Source: Geopsychrobacteraceae bacterium
Lineage (GTDB): Bacteria > Desulfobacterota > Desulfuromonadia > Desulfuromonadales > Geopsychrobacteraceae
Reading direction: 5' to 3'
Assembly: GCA_963662315.1 (NCBI GenBank)
Contig: OY759353.1
Location: forward strand, 2,208,001 to 2,272,000
Length of the DNA stretch: 64,000 nt
Shown: one piece after another, positions 1 to 9,379 of the stretch
Position numbering within the stretch: position 1 is the first letter of the stretch
Layout of the letters: the number at the start of each line of letters is the position of its first letter
Notes under the pieces: generated by a model
Database searches by the model: none
Told to the model about the DNA's origin: nothing
What the model saw: the letters and a program-made list of their open reading frames with translations, nothing else
Made by a program: the position numbers and the translations under genes

Positions 1-1
1 G

Positions 2-226
2 GCCGCAGGCATAGATGGAGCCTGGATTGCCATCTGGTCTGTCGGCCTCAGTGCCCTCGGTTTTGGTGCACCTTTGACTTACGCTGCCTTTGGTGCCTAT
101 GCCGCCAGACATATCCAAAGTAACACCTACTTGAAAGTCATGAACGTCATTATGGGAATTATGCTGATTGCTGTTGCTCTGGACATGGCATATGCTCACG
201 TCTATCTCGCCCTGACTGCGGGGTAA
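2..226 (+). CDS. 3' end of a membrane protein, probably a LysE/RhtB-family translocator (partial)
   Basis: Open frame from the window edge to TAA at 224-226: AAGIDGAWIAIWSVGLSALGFGAPLTYAAFGAYAARHIQSNTYLKVMNVIMGIMLIAVALDM...; two hydrophobic helices resembling a LysE C-terminus. Confidence 0.45.
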   Translation, partial: AAGIDGAWIAIWSVGLSALGFGAPLTYAAFGAYAARHIQSNTYLKVMNVIMGIMLIAVALDMAYAHVYLALTAG

Positions 227-473
227 ACGTCACTGTCCAGCAAAACAAGCAACCAGTGTCATTTGCAACACAGCTGCGATGTCTGTCATTGAGCTTATCG
301 AGTAAAGAGTTTGAGTTTCTTCACACGCCTGCATCTTGCTAATCCAGCGACACTGTTATATTGTTTTCAAAATCAATGAAGTATGTTTTCAGGGCCAATG
401 AAGTCCCTTGTTCGCGTTATTAAATTAACTTTTCAACCGACTTACTCAGGCTTTTTGCCAACAAGGACTGCCC

Positions 474-3400
474 ATGTCTATTCGCGTTGCCTGTACCCAC
501 CTGACCCATTACAAGTTTGATCGTATGGTCGGACTGGCGCCTCATGTTCTCCGCCTGCGTCCGGCTCCCCATTGCCGTACTCCGATCCGTGCCTACTCGA
601 TGAAAATCCTACCGGAAACACACTTTTTGAACTGGCAGCAGGATCCCTTTGGTAATTACCAGGCGCGCCTGGTTTTTCCAGAGAAAGCGAACGAGTTACG
701 CATCGAAATTGAACTGATTGCCGACCTGACCCCGTGCAATCCCTTTGATTTCTTTATTGAAGACTATGCGGAAACATTTCCTTTTTCCTACCAGAAACAG
801 GAAAAAGCAGAACTGCAACCTTATTTCCAGAAAGTCATGCCGGGGCCACTCCTGACCAAGTGGCTGGCTGGCGTTGACCATGAAGAGAAAAACACCATCG
901 ACTTCCTGGTCGAACTGAATCAGCGCCTGCAGCAGGACATCAACTATTCCGTGCGCATGGAGCCGGGCGTTCAGAGCTGTGAAATGACCCTGGGTCGCGC
1001 CCTCGGCTCGTGTCGCGACTCGGCCTGGCTACTGGTTCAGATTCTGCGCCACCTGGGGCTGGCAGCCCGATTTGTCAGTGGCTATCTGGTTCAGCTAACC
1101 GCCGACGAAAAGTCTCTCGACGGCCCGTCCGGCCCAGATGCGGACTTTACCGACCTGCACGCCTGGACGGAAGTTTACCTGCCTGGTGCTGGCTGGGTGG
1201 GCCTGGATCCGACCTCTGGATTACTGGCGGGGGAAGGGCATATTCCCCTCGCCTGTACCCCGCACCCGTTAAGCGCTGCCCCGTTAACCGGGGCGACCGA
1301 CGAATGTAAAGTTGAATTTTTCCACAGCAACAGTGTGCAGCGGATTTTTGAGGATCCCCGCGTAACCAAGCCCTACAGCGACGACCAATGGGACCTGATC
1401 AATTCCCTTGGCCAGCAGGTTGATGAAGACCTGATCAAGCAGGATGTCAGGCTGACCATGGGGGGCGAACCGACCTTCGTTTCCGTTGACAACATGGACG
1501 GTGCCGAATGGAATACCCAGGCTGACGGTCCGCACAAACGTCAGCTGGCCTATGATCTGACCCTGCGCCTGGTGGACGTGTTTGCCAAAGGAGGCCTGCT
1601 GCATTTTGGCCAGGGAAAATGGTATCCTGGTGAGCCTCTGCCACGCTGGGCCTATAGCTGCTTCTGGCGCAAAGATGGCAAACCACTGTGGCATGACCGA
1701 TCGCTGCTGGCGGACCTGAATAAAGAGTACAACTTTACTGCGGACCAGGTCTTTGAGTTTTCTGAAGCACTGTGTAACCAGCTGGGCATCGATCCCTCAT
1801 ATCTAGTGGCCGGCTATGAAGATCCCCTCTACTGGATCTGGAAAGAGGGTTCGGTCCCGGTTAACCTGGATCCCGCCAAGGCCAAGCTGAAAGACCCGAT
1901 GGAACGACGCACCCTGGCCAGAAACCTGGAACGCGGGCTTGATGAACCGGTCGGCTATACCCTGCCGATCAAGTGGGATTTTCTGCTCGACGGCTGGAAA
2001 AGCAGCCTCTGGGAATTCCGCCGAAAACAGATGTTTCTGATTCCGGGTGATTCCCCGATGGGGATGCGCTTGCCCCTCGATGCCCTGCCCTGGGTTGCGC
2101 CGGATAAACGTCAGGTCGAATACGCGCAAAGCCAGTTTATTGATCTACCACCTTTACCGGCTTACGACATTCCAACGACCGCTCAGGTTAATCCTCAGAT
2201 GCCGGTGGAAGGAAACATCCCGGACAAGGACCAGGAAGCAGACTATGTCGAAGTTGCGCATACAGCCTTATGCATTGAGGTGCGCAACCAGCGTCTGCAC
2301 CTGTTCATGCCGCCGCTTTACCATCTTGAACACTACCTGGCCCTGATTAACGCCATTGAAACGGTGGCCGGAAAATTCAAGATCCCGGTTGTTATCGAGG
2401 GGTATGAACCGCCCCGCGACTACCGAATCGAGCGTCTGAACGTCACCCCCGATCCGGGTGTCATCGAAGTCAATATCCATCCGGCGGCAAGCTGGAAGGA
2501 GATCGTTGCCAATACCACAACACTTTACCATCAGGCCCGGCAAACGCGACTGGGGACGGAAAAGTTCATGCTTGATGGGCGTCATACTGGCACCGGTGGT
2601 GGTAATCACATCACCTTAGGTGGCCCGACTCCAGCTGATAGCCCAATATTGCGGCGCCCGGACCTGCTGCGCAGTCTGGTCAGCTACTGGCAAAATCACC
2701 CGAGTCTGTCGTACCTGTTCTCCGGTGTTTTCATGGGACCCACCAGCCAGGCACCACGTATTGATGAGGCACGAGATGACTCTCTATACGAACTTGAGAT
2801 CGCCTTTGCCCAGATGCCAGAAGGGGAAACGGCGGCTCCTTGGCTGGTTGACCGCCTCTATCGAAACCTGTTGATCGATGTGACCGGCAACACCCACCGG
2901 GCCGAATTCTGCATTGACAAGCTTTACTCTCCTGACGGTCCCGCAGGACGCCTCGGTTTACTGGAACTGCGCGCCTTTGAAATGCCCCCTCATGAACGCA
3001 TGAGTCTGGTACAGGTGCTGCTGATACGCTCCCTGCTGGCCTGTTTCTGGAAAACTCCGTATAAGCAGAGCCTGGTGCGCTGGGGCACATCTCTTCACGA
3101 CCGGTTCCTGCTGCCACACTACGTTCAGCAAGACCTGCGTGACGTGATGAACGATCTGCACAACGCCGGGTATCCGTTCATGCTGGAATGGTTTGATCCC
3201 TTCTTTGAGTTCCGTTTCCCCCGTTATGGAACGGTACAGATAGATGATATTGAACTGGAGTTGCGCTTTGCCATCGAACCCTGGCATGTCCTGGGGGAAG
3301 AGGTTTCCAGTCATGGGACATCGCGTTATGTTGATTCCTCGGTTGAGCGCCTGCAGTTGCATGTAACGGGGCTGACTGAAGAGCGCCACGTCATCGTCTG

Positions 3401-3830
3401 TAACGGCCGCCGTCTGCCGTTACGCAACACCGGCCGCAAGGACGAATATGTCGCCGGGGTGCGTTACCGGGCCTGGCAACCGCCATCCGCCCTGCACCCA
3501 ACGATTCCGCCCCATTCGCCTTTGGTATTTGATATTATCGACACCTGGTCAGGGCGTTCCATTGGTGGCTGCACCTATCATGTCTCCCATCCAGGAGGGC
3601 GTAACTATGATGTCTTCCCGGTCAATGCCGTGACAGCTGAATCCCGCCGAGGTGCACTGTTTACCACTACCGAGCACACGCCGGGAAGACTGCCTCAGCG
3701 GCCTGAATTTGCCAGCCTGGGTAAATTTTTCCCGCACGGGACACCACCCGGACCGATGACACCGCCGCAGGAAGAGGCAAACCACGAGTTCCCCTACACG
3801 CTGGATTTAAGGTGGAAAGGAAAGCGGTAG
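474..3830 (+). CDS. Transglutaminase-like protein fused to DUF2126 (putative COOH-NH2 amidoligase) domain
   Basis: N-terminal HLTHYKFD...LRLRP; catalytic triad motifs GSCRDSA / DLHAWTEVY / GLDPT; C-terminal TMGGEPTF, TPDPGVIEVN, GTGGGNH, GNTHRAEFCIDKL, ELRAFEMPP. Confidence 0.9.
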   Translation: MSIRVACTHLTHYKFDRMVGLAPHVLRLRPAPHCRTPIRAYSMKILPETHFLNWQQDPFGNYQARLVFPEKANELRIEIELIADLTPCNPFDFFIEDYAETFPFSYQKQEKAELQPYFQKVMPGPLLTKWLAGVDHEEKNTIDFLVELNQRLQQDINYSVRMEPGVQSCEMTLGRALGSCRDSAWLLVQILRHLGLAARFVSGYLVQLTADEKSLDGPSGPDADFTDLHAWTEVYLPGAGWVGLDPTSGLLAGEGHIPLACTPHPLSAAPLTGATDECKVEFFHSNSVQRIFEDPRVTKPYSDDQWDLINSLGQQVDEDLIKQDVRLTMGGEPTFVSVDNMDGAEWNTQADGPHKRQLAYDLTLRLVDVFAKGGLLHFGQGKWYPGEPLPRWAYSCFWRKDGKPLWHDRSLLADLNKEYNFTADQVFEFSEALCNQLGIDPSYLVAGYEDPLYWIWKEGSVPVNLDPAKAKLKDPMERRTLARNLERGLDEPVGYTLPIKWDFLLDGWKSSLWEFRRKQMFLIPGDSPMGMRLPLDALPWVAPDKRQVEYAQSQFIDLPPLPAYDIPTTAQVNPQMPVEGNIPDKDQEADYVEVAHTALCIEVRNQRLHLFMPPLYHLEHYLALINAIETVAGKFKIPVVIEGYEPPRDYRIERLNVTPDPGVIEVNIHPAASWKEIVANTTTLYHQARQTRLGTEKFMLDGRHTGTGGGNHITLGGPTPADSPILRRPDLLRSLVSYWQNHPSLSYLFSGVFMGPTSQAPRIDEARDDSLYELEIAFAQMPEGETAAPWLVDRLYRNLLIDVTGNTHRAEFCIDKLYSPDGPAGRLGLLELRAFEMPPHERMSLVQVLLIRSLLACFWKTPYKQSLVRWGTSLHDRFLLPHYVQQDLRDVMNDLHNAGYPFMLEWFDPFFEFRFPRYGTVQIDDIELELRFAIEPWHVLGEEVSSHGTSRYVDSSVERLQLHVTGLTEERHVIVCNGRRLPLRNTGRKDEYVAGVRYRAWQPPSALHPTIPPHSPLVFDIIDTWSGRSIGGCTYHVSHPGGRNYDVFPVNAVTAESRRGALFTTTEHTPGRLPQRPEFASLGKFFPHGTPPGPMTPPQEEANHEFPYTLDLRWKGKR

Positions 3831-3864
3831 AGAAGATTAAAACGAACGCAAGGATAAACAGGTT

Positions 3865-3899
3865 GATTTCAAATCTGAGATTTCAAATTTGAAATCGCG
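3865..3899. repeat. Degenerate heptamer tandem array containing a perfect 18-bp palindrome
   Basis: GATTTCA AATCTGA GATTTCA AATTTGA AATCGCG; GATTTCAAATTTGAAATC (3879-3896) is its own reverse complement. Confidence 0.75.
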
Positions 3900-3962
3900 A
3901 AACAACGTTAAGCATAGCGGCGTTGTAAAGTTAGCTACTCATGAGAAAGTATATTTAAAAAA

Positions 3963-6500
3963 ATGCCGAGATCACAAGCTCCACTGACCGCCTCATTCAG
4001 TGATTTTTTCAGCCAACCCGGGGAACTTCCCGAGGTCTGGCAAACGCTTATACAAAACCTGGCTCGGCAGGGAAATACCCGCCTTAAAAGGCACCATAAG
4101 GAGGCGCAGCGCCTGCTTAAAGAAAATGGCGCCATTCACAATGTCTTTTCTAATCCTGACGCACCGCGTCCCTGGCAGTTTGATCCGGTGCCGCTTATCT
4201 TCGCTCCAGCGGAATGGTCGCATCTGGAGCGGGGCTTGATTCAGCGTGCCAAACTGTTCAACCTGCTGCTGACTGATATATACGGTCCCATGAGCCTGAT
4301 CAAGGAAGGGCTGCTCCCACCGGAACTGATTTTCAACCATTCGGGATTCCTCTACCCCTGTGTCGGGCTGTTGCACAACAACTGCCAGCCGTTAAGTATC
4401 TATTCAGCGAATCTCGCCAAAGGGGCCGATGGTAATTTCTGGGTCATGAGTGACCATATCCATCCCCCCCTGGGATCAGGCTACGCTCTTGAAACCCGCA
4501 TTATCATGACGCGCAGCTTTCCCCAGCTGTTTGAGAAGTTTCAGGTTCACCGGCTGGCTATGTACTTCCGGGCCTTGCGCAATGCCCTGACCCAGCTGGC
4601 TCACCACAATCGCCAGGATCCGCGCATCGTTCTTTTGACCCCAGGGCCTGAACATCCCAGCTATTTCGAGCACGCCTATTTTGCGTCTTATTTGGGCTAT
4701 CCCCTGGTACAGGGCGGCGATCTCATTGTTCAGGATAACTGTGTGTGGCTGAAATCGGTGGAAGGCCTGCGCCAGGTCGATGTTATCCTGCGCCGTCAGG
4801 ACGATGATTTCTGCGATCCACTGGAACTACGGGGCGATTCCTTTATCGGCATCCCCGGCTTGCTGGAAGCGATACGCACCGGGAATGTTGCGGTTGCCAA
4901 TCCCATCGGCAGCGGCATTCTGGAAAACCCGGCCCTCATGTCGTTTCTGCCCGGTTTGTGTCAATATTTCCTGAATGAAGAGCTGTTACTCCCTTCGGTT
5001 GCCACTTGGTGGTGCGGACAAGCCAAGGAACGTGACTTCGTACTGGAAAACCTTGACCACCTGATGATCAAACCGATCCATCCGCTGGCCGATCTGCCCC
5101 CCATGCTTCCGACCCCAGAAAATACGGCAAACCGGCTGCGCTGGAAGGAGTTCATCCTGAAAGATCCTCATCTGTTTGTCGCTCAGGAACAGATTCAGCT
5201 TGCCACCTTCCCGGCCTTTGAGAAGGATCACCTGGAAGCACGCTACTGTGCCATGGATCTCTACCTGACGACCCAGGACAACTCCTACCTAGTCATGCCC
5301 GGCGGACTGTCGCGAGCCCATGCCGACAGTCCGCAGTTACAGATTCCGGGACAGGCGGGTGGCCAGATCAAGGACACCTGGGTGCTGACCCACGAACCAG
5401 ACAAACAGGTGACCCTGTGGCGACAGAACTTAGCCGACAAACCAATGCAGCCGATCATCGGAGCGCTCCCCAGTCGTGCGGCAGAGAACCTGTTCTGGGC
5501 AGCCCGCTATTCAGAACGGGCCGAGCAGACAGCACGTATTCTGCGTTCGATCCTGATTAAAATGCGTGACGTCAACGAGTCTCATGATATTGATGACCAC
5601 ATGGGACTCAATCACCTGTTGCGAGCCCTGACTCATGTCACCCAGACCTATCCCGGCTTTACCGGTGAAGATGCACGTAAGAAACTGGATGACCCACGCC
5701 AGGAATTGCTTACTATCGTCCAGGACGAACAGCGAATCGGCAGTCTTCGATCTTCGTTGCAAAGCCTTGGCCGGGCTGCATTTACAGTGCGTGACCTGCT
5801 GCCGGAAGATGCCTGGCGAACCATTGAACAAGTCACGACCACCTGGAACCCCAGGGTCACCAGGTCCCAGATCGGAAGAGGTCGTCTGCTGGAAAGTATC
5901 AATAGCCTGATCATGCAGCTATCCGCCTTTAGTGGCCTGACCTACGAAAACATGTCTCGGGAAACCGGCTGGAAAATGCTCAATATCGGACGCCGCCTGG
6001 AACGAGCTCTCAACCTTACCACTCTGATTAAAGCAATGCTGGTCCCCTGCTATGGTACGACCATGGAATCACAGATGCTGGAAACCGTCCTGTCAACCTG
6101 TAACAGTCTGATCGTTTACCGGCGCCGTTACCGTTCCTTCATGAACCTTGGCTCGGCCCTAGAACTGCTGCTGACTGATGACAATTATCCGCGCGCCCTG
6201 GCCTGCCAGTTACGTCAGCTGCATAAGCATATCAGTTCGCTGCCAACTGATTCCCACAACCCCACCACAAAGAAGGACATATTGCTGATTCAGAAATCTC
6301 TCGATTCCTTGCACCAGGTCAATCCGCACCAGCTGATTGCCACCAACAGCAGTGATGGCCGCTATCCAGCCCTCGAAAAAGTGCTCATCCGTCAAACCGA
6401 AGAGCTGGAAGCCCTGTCTGGAGCATTATCGGAACATTATTTCACGCCGACCCTGGCCCCACAGCAGCTGGTGGTTACCAGCCGGGAGGGGCAGTCATGA
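3963..6500 (+). CDS. Circularly permuted type 2 ATP-grasp protein fused to an Alpha-E domain
   Basis: GLIQRAKLFN, LLTPGP..YFEHAY, VDVILRR.DD.FCDPLELRGDS..G.PGLL, ANPIGSG, MPGGLSR, KDTWV; Alpha-E ER motifs RYSERAE and GRRLERA; YPRAL. Confidence 0.9.
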   Translation: MPRSQAPLTASFSDFFSQPGELPEVWQTLIQNLARQGNTRLKRHHKEAQRLLKENGAIHNVFSNPDAPRPWQFDPVPLIFAPAEWSHLERGLIQRAKLFNLLLTDIYGPMSLIKEGLLPPELIFNHSGFLYPCVGLLHNNCQPLSIYSANLAKGADGNFWVMSDHIHPPLGSGYALETRIIMTRSFPQLFEKFQVHRLAMYFRALRNALTQLAHHNRQDPRIVLLTPGPEHPSYFEHAYFASYLGYPLVQGGDLIVQDNCVWLKSVEGLRQVDVILRRQDDDFCDPLELRGDSFIGIPGLLEAIRTGNVAVANPIGSGILENPALMSFLPGLCQYFLNEELLLPSVATWWCGQAKERDFVLENLDHLMIKPIHPLADLPPMLPTPENTANRLRWKEFILKDPHLFVAQEQIQLATFPAFEKDHLEARYCAMDLYLTTQDNSYLVMPGGLSRAHADSPQLQIPGQAGGQIKDTWVLTHEPDKQVTLWRQNLADKPMQPIIGALPSRAAENLFWAARYSERAEQTARILRSILIKMRDVNESHDIDDHMGLNHLLRALTHVTQTYPGFTGEDARKKLDDPRQELLTIVQDEQRIGSLRSSLQSLGRAAFTVRDLLPEDAWRTIEQVTTTWNPRVTRSQIGRGRLLESINSLIMQLSAFSGLTYENMSRETGWKMLNIGRRLERALNLTTLIKAMLVPCYGTTMESQMLETVLSTCNSLIVYRRRYRSFMNLGSALELLLTDDNYPRALACQLRQLHKHISSLPTDSHNPTTKKDILLIQKSLDSLHQVNPHQLIATNSSDGRYPALEKVLIRQTEELEALSGALSEHYFTPTLAPQQLVVTSREGQS

Positions 6501-7417
6501 AGTTTCACGTGCGCCATATGACCGAGTACCTGTACAGCGATTCCGTACAGCTGTGTCACAACTCAGCCTGGTTGCTTCCGCGCGATACAGAACTGCAGAA
6601 ATGCCTCACCAGTCAACTGGTGATTCATCCGCTACCCGCCGTCACCCACGAGTTTCTCGACTATTTCGGCAACCGCACCGTCCATTTTGCCTTGCAGCAA
6701 CCCCATCAAAAATTGACCATCACCGCGGACAGCGATATTGAAACCTCCTACGCTGCCGAGGACTACGCCCTTGGTAACAAGCACAGCTGGGAATACGCCC
6801 GCGATTTCTGCAAATCCGAAGGGATTCTGAAACTGGTCGATATTATCCCCTGCTGCTACAACTCGCCTATGGTTAAAAGTGCCGCCTGTTTTCGCAACTA
6901 TGCGTTGCCCTCTTTTCCCGCCGGACGCCCGTTTGCCGCTGCGGTGAACGATCTGATGGAGCGTATTTTCAGCGATTTTACTTACGATCCCAAAGTGACA
7001 AATATTTACACGCCGCTCACGGATATACTTGAAAAACGTCATGGGGTCTGTCAGGATTTTGCCCATATTGCCATCGCCTGCCTGCGCAGCCTGGGGATGG
7101 CCGCCCGTTACATCAGTGGTTATATAGAGACCCTGCCACCGCCGGGACAGCAACGCCTTATCGGTGCGGATGCCTCTCACGCGTGGTTCGCTGCCTATTC
7201 ACCCTTTGCCGGCTGGCTGGCTTTCGATCCGACCAATAATCAACACCAGGGAGAGCAGCATATTACGGTCGCCTGGGGTCGCGATTTTTCCGATGTATCC
7301 CCGGTCAAAGGAGTCGCTCTGGGTGGTGGCAATCAACGGGTCCGGATTTCAGTTGATGTTGCACGTCAACCTGACGGACCCTCCTGTTGCCTGATCAGTG
7401 GCGCCAATCAGGCATGA
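6497..7417 (+). CDS. Transglutaminase family protein
   Basis: VRHMTEYLY, DYFGN, GVCQDFAH (Cys), ASHAW (His), AFDPTN (Asp), GRDFSDVSP; ATGA overlap with the upstream gene. Confidence 0.92.
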   Translation: MKFHVRHMTEYLYSDSVQLCHNSAWLLPRDTELQKCLTSQLVIHPLPAVTHEFLDYFGNRTVHFALQQPHQKLTITADSDIETSYAAEDYALGNKHSWEYARDFCKSEGILKLVDIIPCCYNSPMVKSAACFRNYALPSFPAGRPFAAAVNDLMERIFSDFTYDPKVTNIYTPLTDILEKRHGVCQDFAHIAIACLRSLGMAARYISGYIETLPPPGQQRLIGADASHAWFAAYSPFAGWLAFDPTNNQHQGEQHITVAWGRDFSDVSPVKGVALGGGNQRVRISVDVARQPDGPSCCLISGANQA

Positions 7418-7474
7418 GACGTTTTCCAAGCCGCAACTGAAGCTTTTTTCGCATCATTTTTTCGAGATACTACT

Positions 7475-8836
7475 ATGGACAGTTACGAAGCCGCCAAACC
7501 GTGGGAACACCTTGCCGAACTGGTCGAAAGCAATGACCAGAAACAGGTCCTGAAATTTCTTAACAGTATCAATCCGACCGATACCGCGCTTGCGGTCTCG
7601 CGTCTTGCCCCCGCCATGCAGAGCGCCCTGCTGACCCTGCTGAACCCGGAGCAGGCTGCCGAAGTTATCGAGGATATTTCCGATACGCAGGCCGTAGAAA
7701 TTATTGAGGATCTGCAGCCGATTCATGCCGCAGCCATCCTGGAAGAGCTCGACAGTGATCATGTCGTTGACCTGCTCGGAGAGCTTGACAGCGCTGACGC
7801 CAACGCCATTATCGCCCACATGGATCCGGAGGACGCCGCCGAGGCGCGCCAATTCCTGCAGTATGAATCGGATACCGCAGGGGGCCTGATGATCTCCGAA
7901 TATCTTGACTATCACAGTTCGCAATCCGTGCAGGATGTTCTGGATGACTTTCAGGCTAACCGTGATGAGTATTCCAGCTATAACGTTCAGTATCTGTTCG
8001 TTACCGACGACGAAGGGCACCTGGAGGGGGTTCTGAGGATGCGCGATCTGCTCTTCCCGCCCCGTTCAACCCGCCTGAGCAACCTGATGATCCGTAACCC
8101 GTTTAAAATATCGGTTAACGCGACGCTGGAAGAGCTGCGCAATTTTTTTGAAGAGCATTACCTGTTCGGAGTCCCGGTTGTCGATGAGAACAATCGCCTG
8201 CAGGGTGTTGTCCTGCCGGAAGCGGTTGAAGAAGCGCGACGCAAAAACAGCGTTAATCAATATCTCGGCCTGTCCGGGATCATCGGCGGTGAAGAATTCC
8301 GGTCCATGCCCCTGCTGGCCAGATCTGGCCGCCGTTTATCCTGGCTGTCCCTGAATATCGTCCTGAATATCCTGGCAGCCAGCGTCATCGCTATCTATCA
8401 GGACACCCTGGCCGCAGCTATTGCCCTTGCAGTGTTTCTACCGATGGTCAGTGATATGAGCGGCTGCTCTGGAAACCAGGCGGTAGCCGTCAGTATGCGT
8501 GAGCTGTCTCTGGGATTGGTTCGCCCGACAGAATTACTGCGGGTGCTCGGCAAGGAAGCTAGTCTGGGCATTATCAATGGCATTGCTCTGGGTATTCTCT
8601 TGGGAGCTGTTGCCTTTATCTGGAAAGGGAATCCGTTTCTGGGTGTGGTTGTCGGCGGAGCCCTGGCCGTTAATACCGTGATTGCTGTCACTCTTGGGGG
8701 GCTGATCCCGTTGCTGCTGAAACGGATGAAGCTGGACCCTGCGTTGGTCGCCAGCCCGTTATTAACTACGATGACCGATATGTGCGGTTTTTTTCTGGTT
8801 TTAAGTTTTGCAGCCCTGCTTTTGAATAAACTCTAA
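7475..8836 (+). CDS. mgtE: Magnesium transporter MgtE
   Basis: Acidic N-terminal domain, YESDTAGGLM, CBS pair, transmembrane domain with SGCSGNQA and DPALVASPLLTTMTD. Confidence 0.92.
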   Translation: MDSYEAAKPWEHLAELVESNDQKQVLKFLNSINPTDTALAVSRLAPAMQSALLTLLNPEQAAEVIEDISDTQAVEIIEDLQPIHAAAILEELDSDHVVDLLGELDSADANAIIAHMDPEDAAEARQFLQYESDTAGGLMISEYLDYHSSQSVQDVLDDFQANRDEYSSYNVQYLFVTDDEGHLEGVLRMRDLLFPPRSTRLSNLMIRNPFKISVNATLEELRNFFEEHYLFGVPVVDENNRLQGVVLPEAVEEARRKNSVNQYLGLSGIIGGEEFRSMPLLARSGRRLSWLSLNIVLNILAASVIAIYQDTLAAAIALAVFLPMVSDMSGCSGNQAVAVSMRELSLGLVRPTELLRVLGKEASLGIINGIALGILLGAVAFIWKGNPFLGVVVGGALAVNTVIAVTLGGLIPLLLKRMKLDPALVASPLLTTMTDMCGFFLVLSFAALLLNKL

Positions 8837-8890
8837 CCCGTATGCGCCAGCCCGGAAAACCCACTATCAATTGAAATATCGGCAATCGCG

Positions 8891-8911
8891 CCATCTGGCA
8901 CTGCCAGATGG
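8891..8911. terminator. Hairpin between convergent mgtE and tatA
   Basis: CCATCTGGCA-C-TGCCAGATGG inverted repeat; only a weak U-tract. Confidence 0.4.
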
Positions 8912-9051
8912 AAAGTGATCACCCAGGGCGTTTGTCTGATCTTTGCACAACGCCCTTCCTCTCCAACCCAGCTGCAATAATCACGTTCATAGACTGAAAG
9001 AACAATATATGCTGCCTGCGCAAACCTTAACAGAGGCGACAATTGCCTCGT

Positions 9052-9243
9052 TCAACTATTTTTAACGTCTGTTGTGTCAACAGCTTTGGATTCCAGCAAT
9101 TCGTCTTCTTCGCTCATCCCCTTTTTAAAGTTACGAATCCCTTTACCGAGAGAACTTCCAACCTGTGGCAACTTACCTGCCCCGAAAAGCATCAGAGCAA
9201 TCACCAGAATAATCAGCAATTCCTGTGTACCGAGTCCAAACAT
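9052..9243 (-). CDS. tatA: Twin-arginine translocase subunit TatA/TatE
   Basis: [41 protein letters not shown]. Confidence 0.93.
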   Translation of the reverse strand: MFGLGTQELLIILVIALMLFGAGKLPQVGSSLGKGIRNFKKGMSEEDELLESKAVDTTDVKNS

Positions 9244-9290
9244 AGCGAAACCTTCTCTGTGTTTAAATAGTTTTTGGAATAGACAAATCG

Positions 9291-9334
9291 CTGGTCATCA
9301 CCCTTCAAAAGAAGCTCTCCCCGGTGATGACCAG
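9291..9334. other. Intercistronic stem-loop (12-bp stem) between porin and tatA
   Basis: CTGGTCATCACC ... GGTGATGACCAG. Confidence 0.55.
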
Positions 9335-9379
9335 TTTTACATCCCACTCTTACATATTACACTTCGCAATAATAACTGC

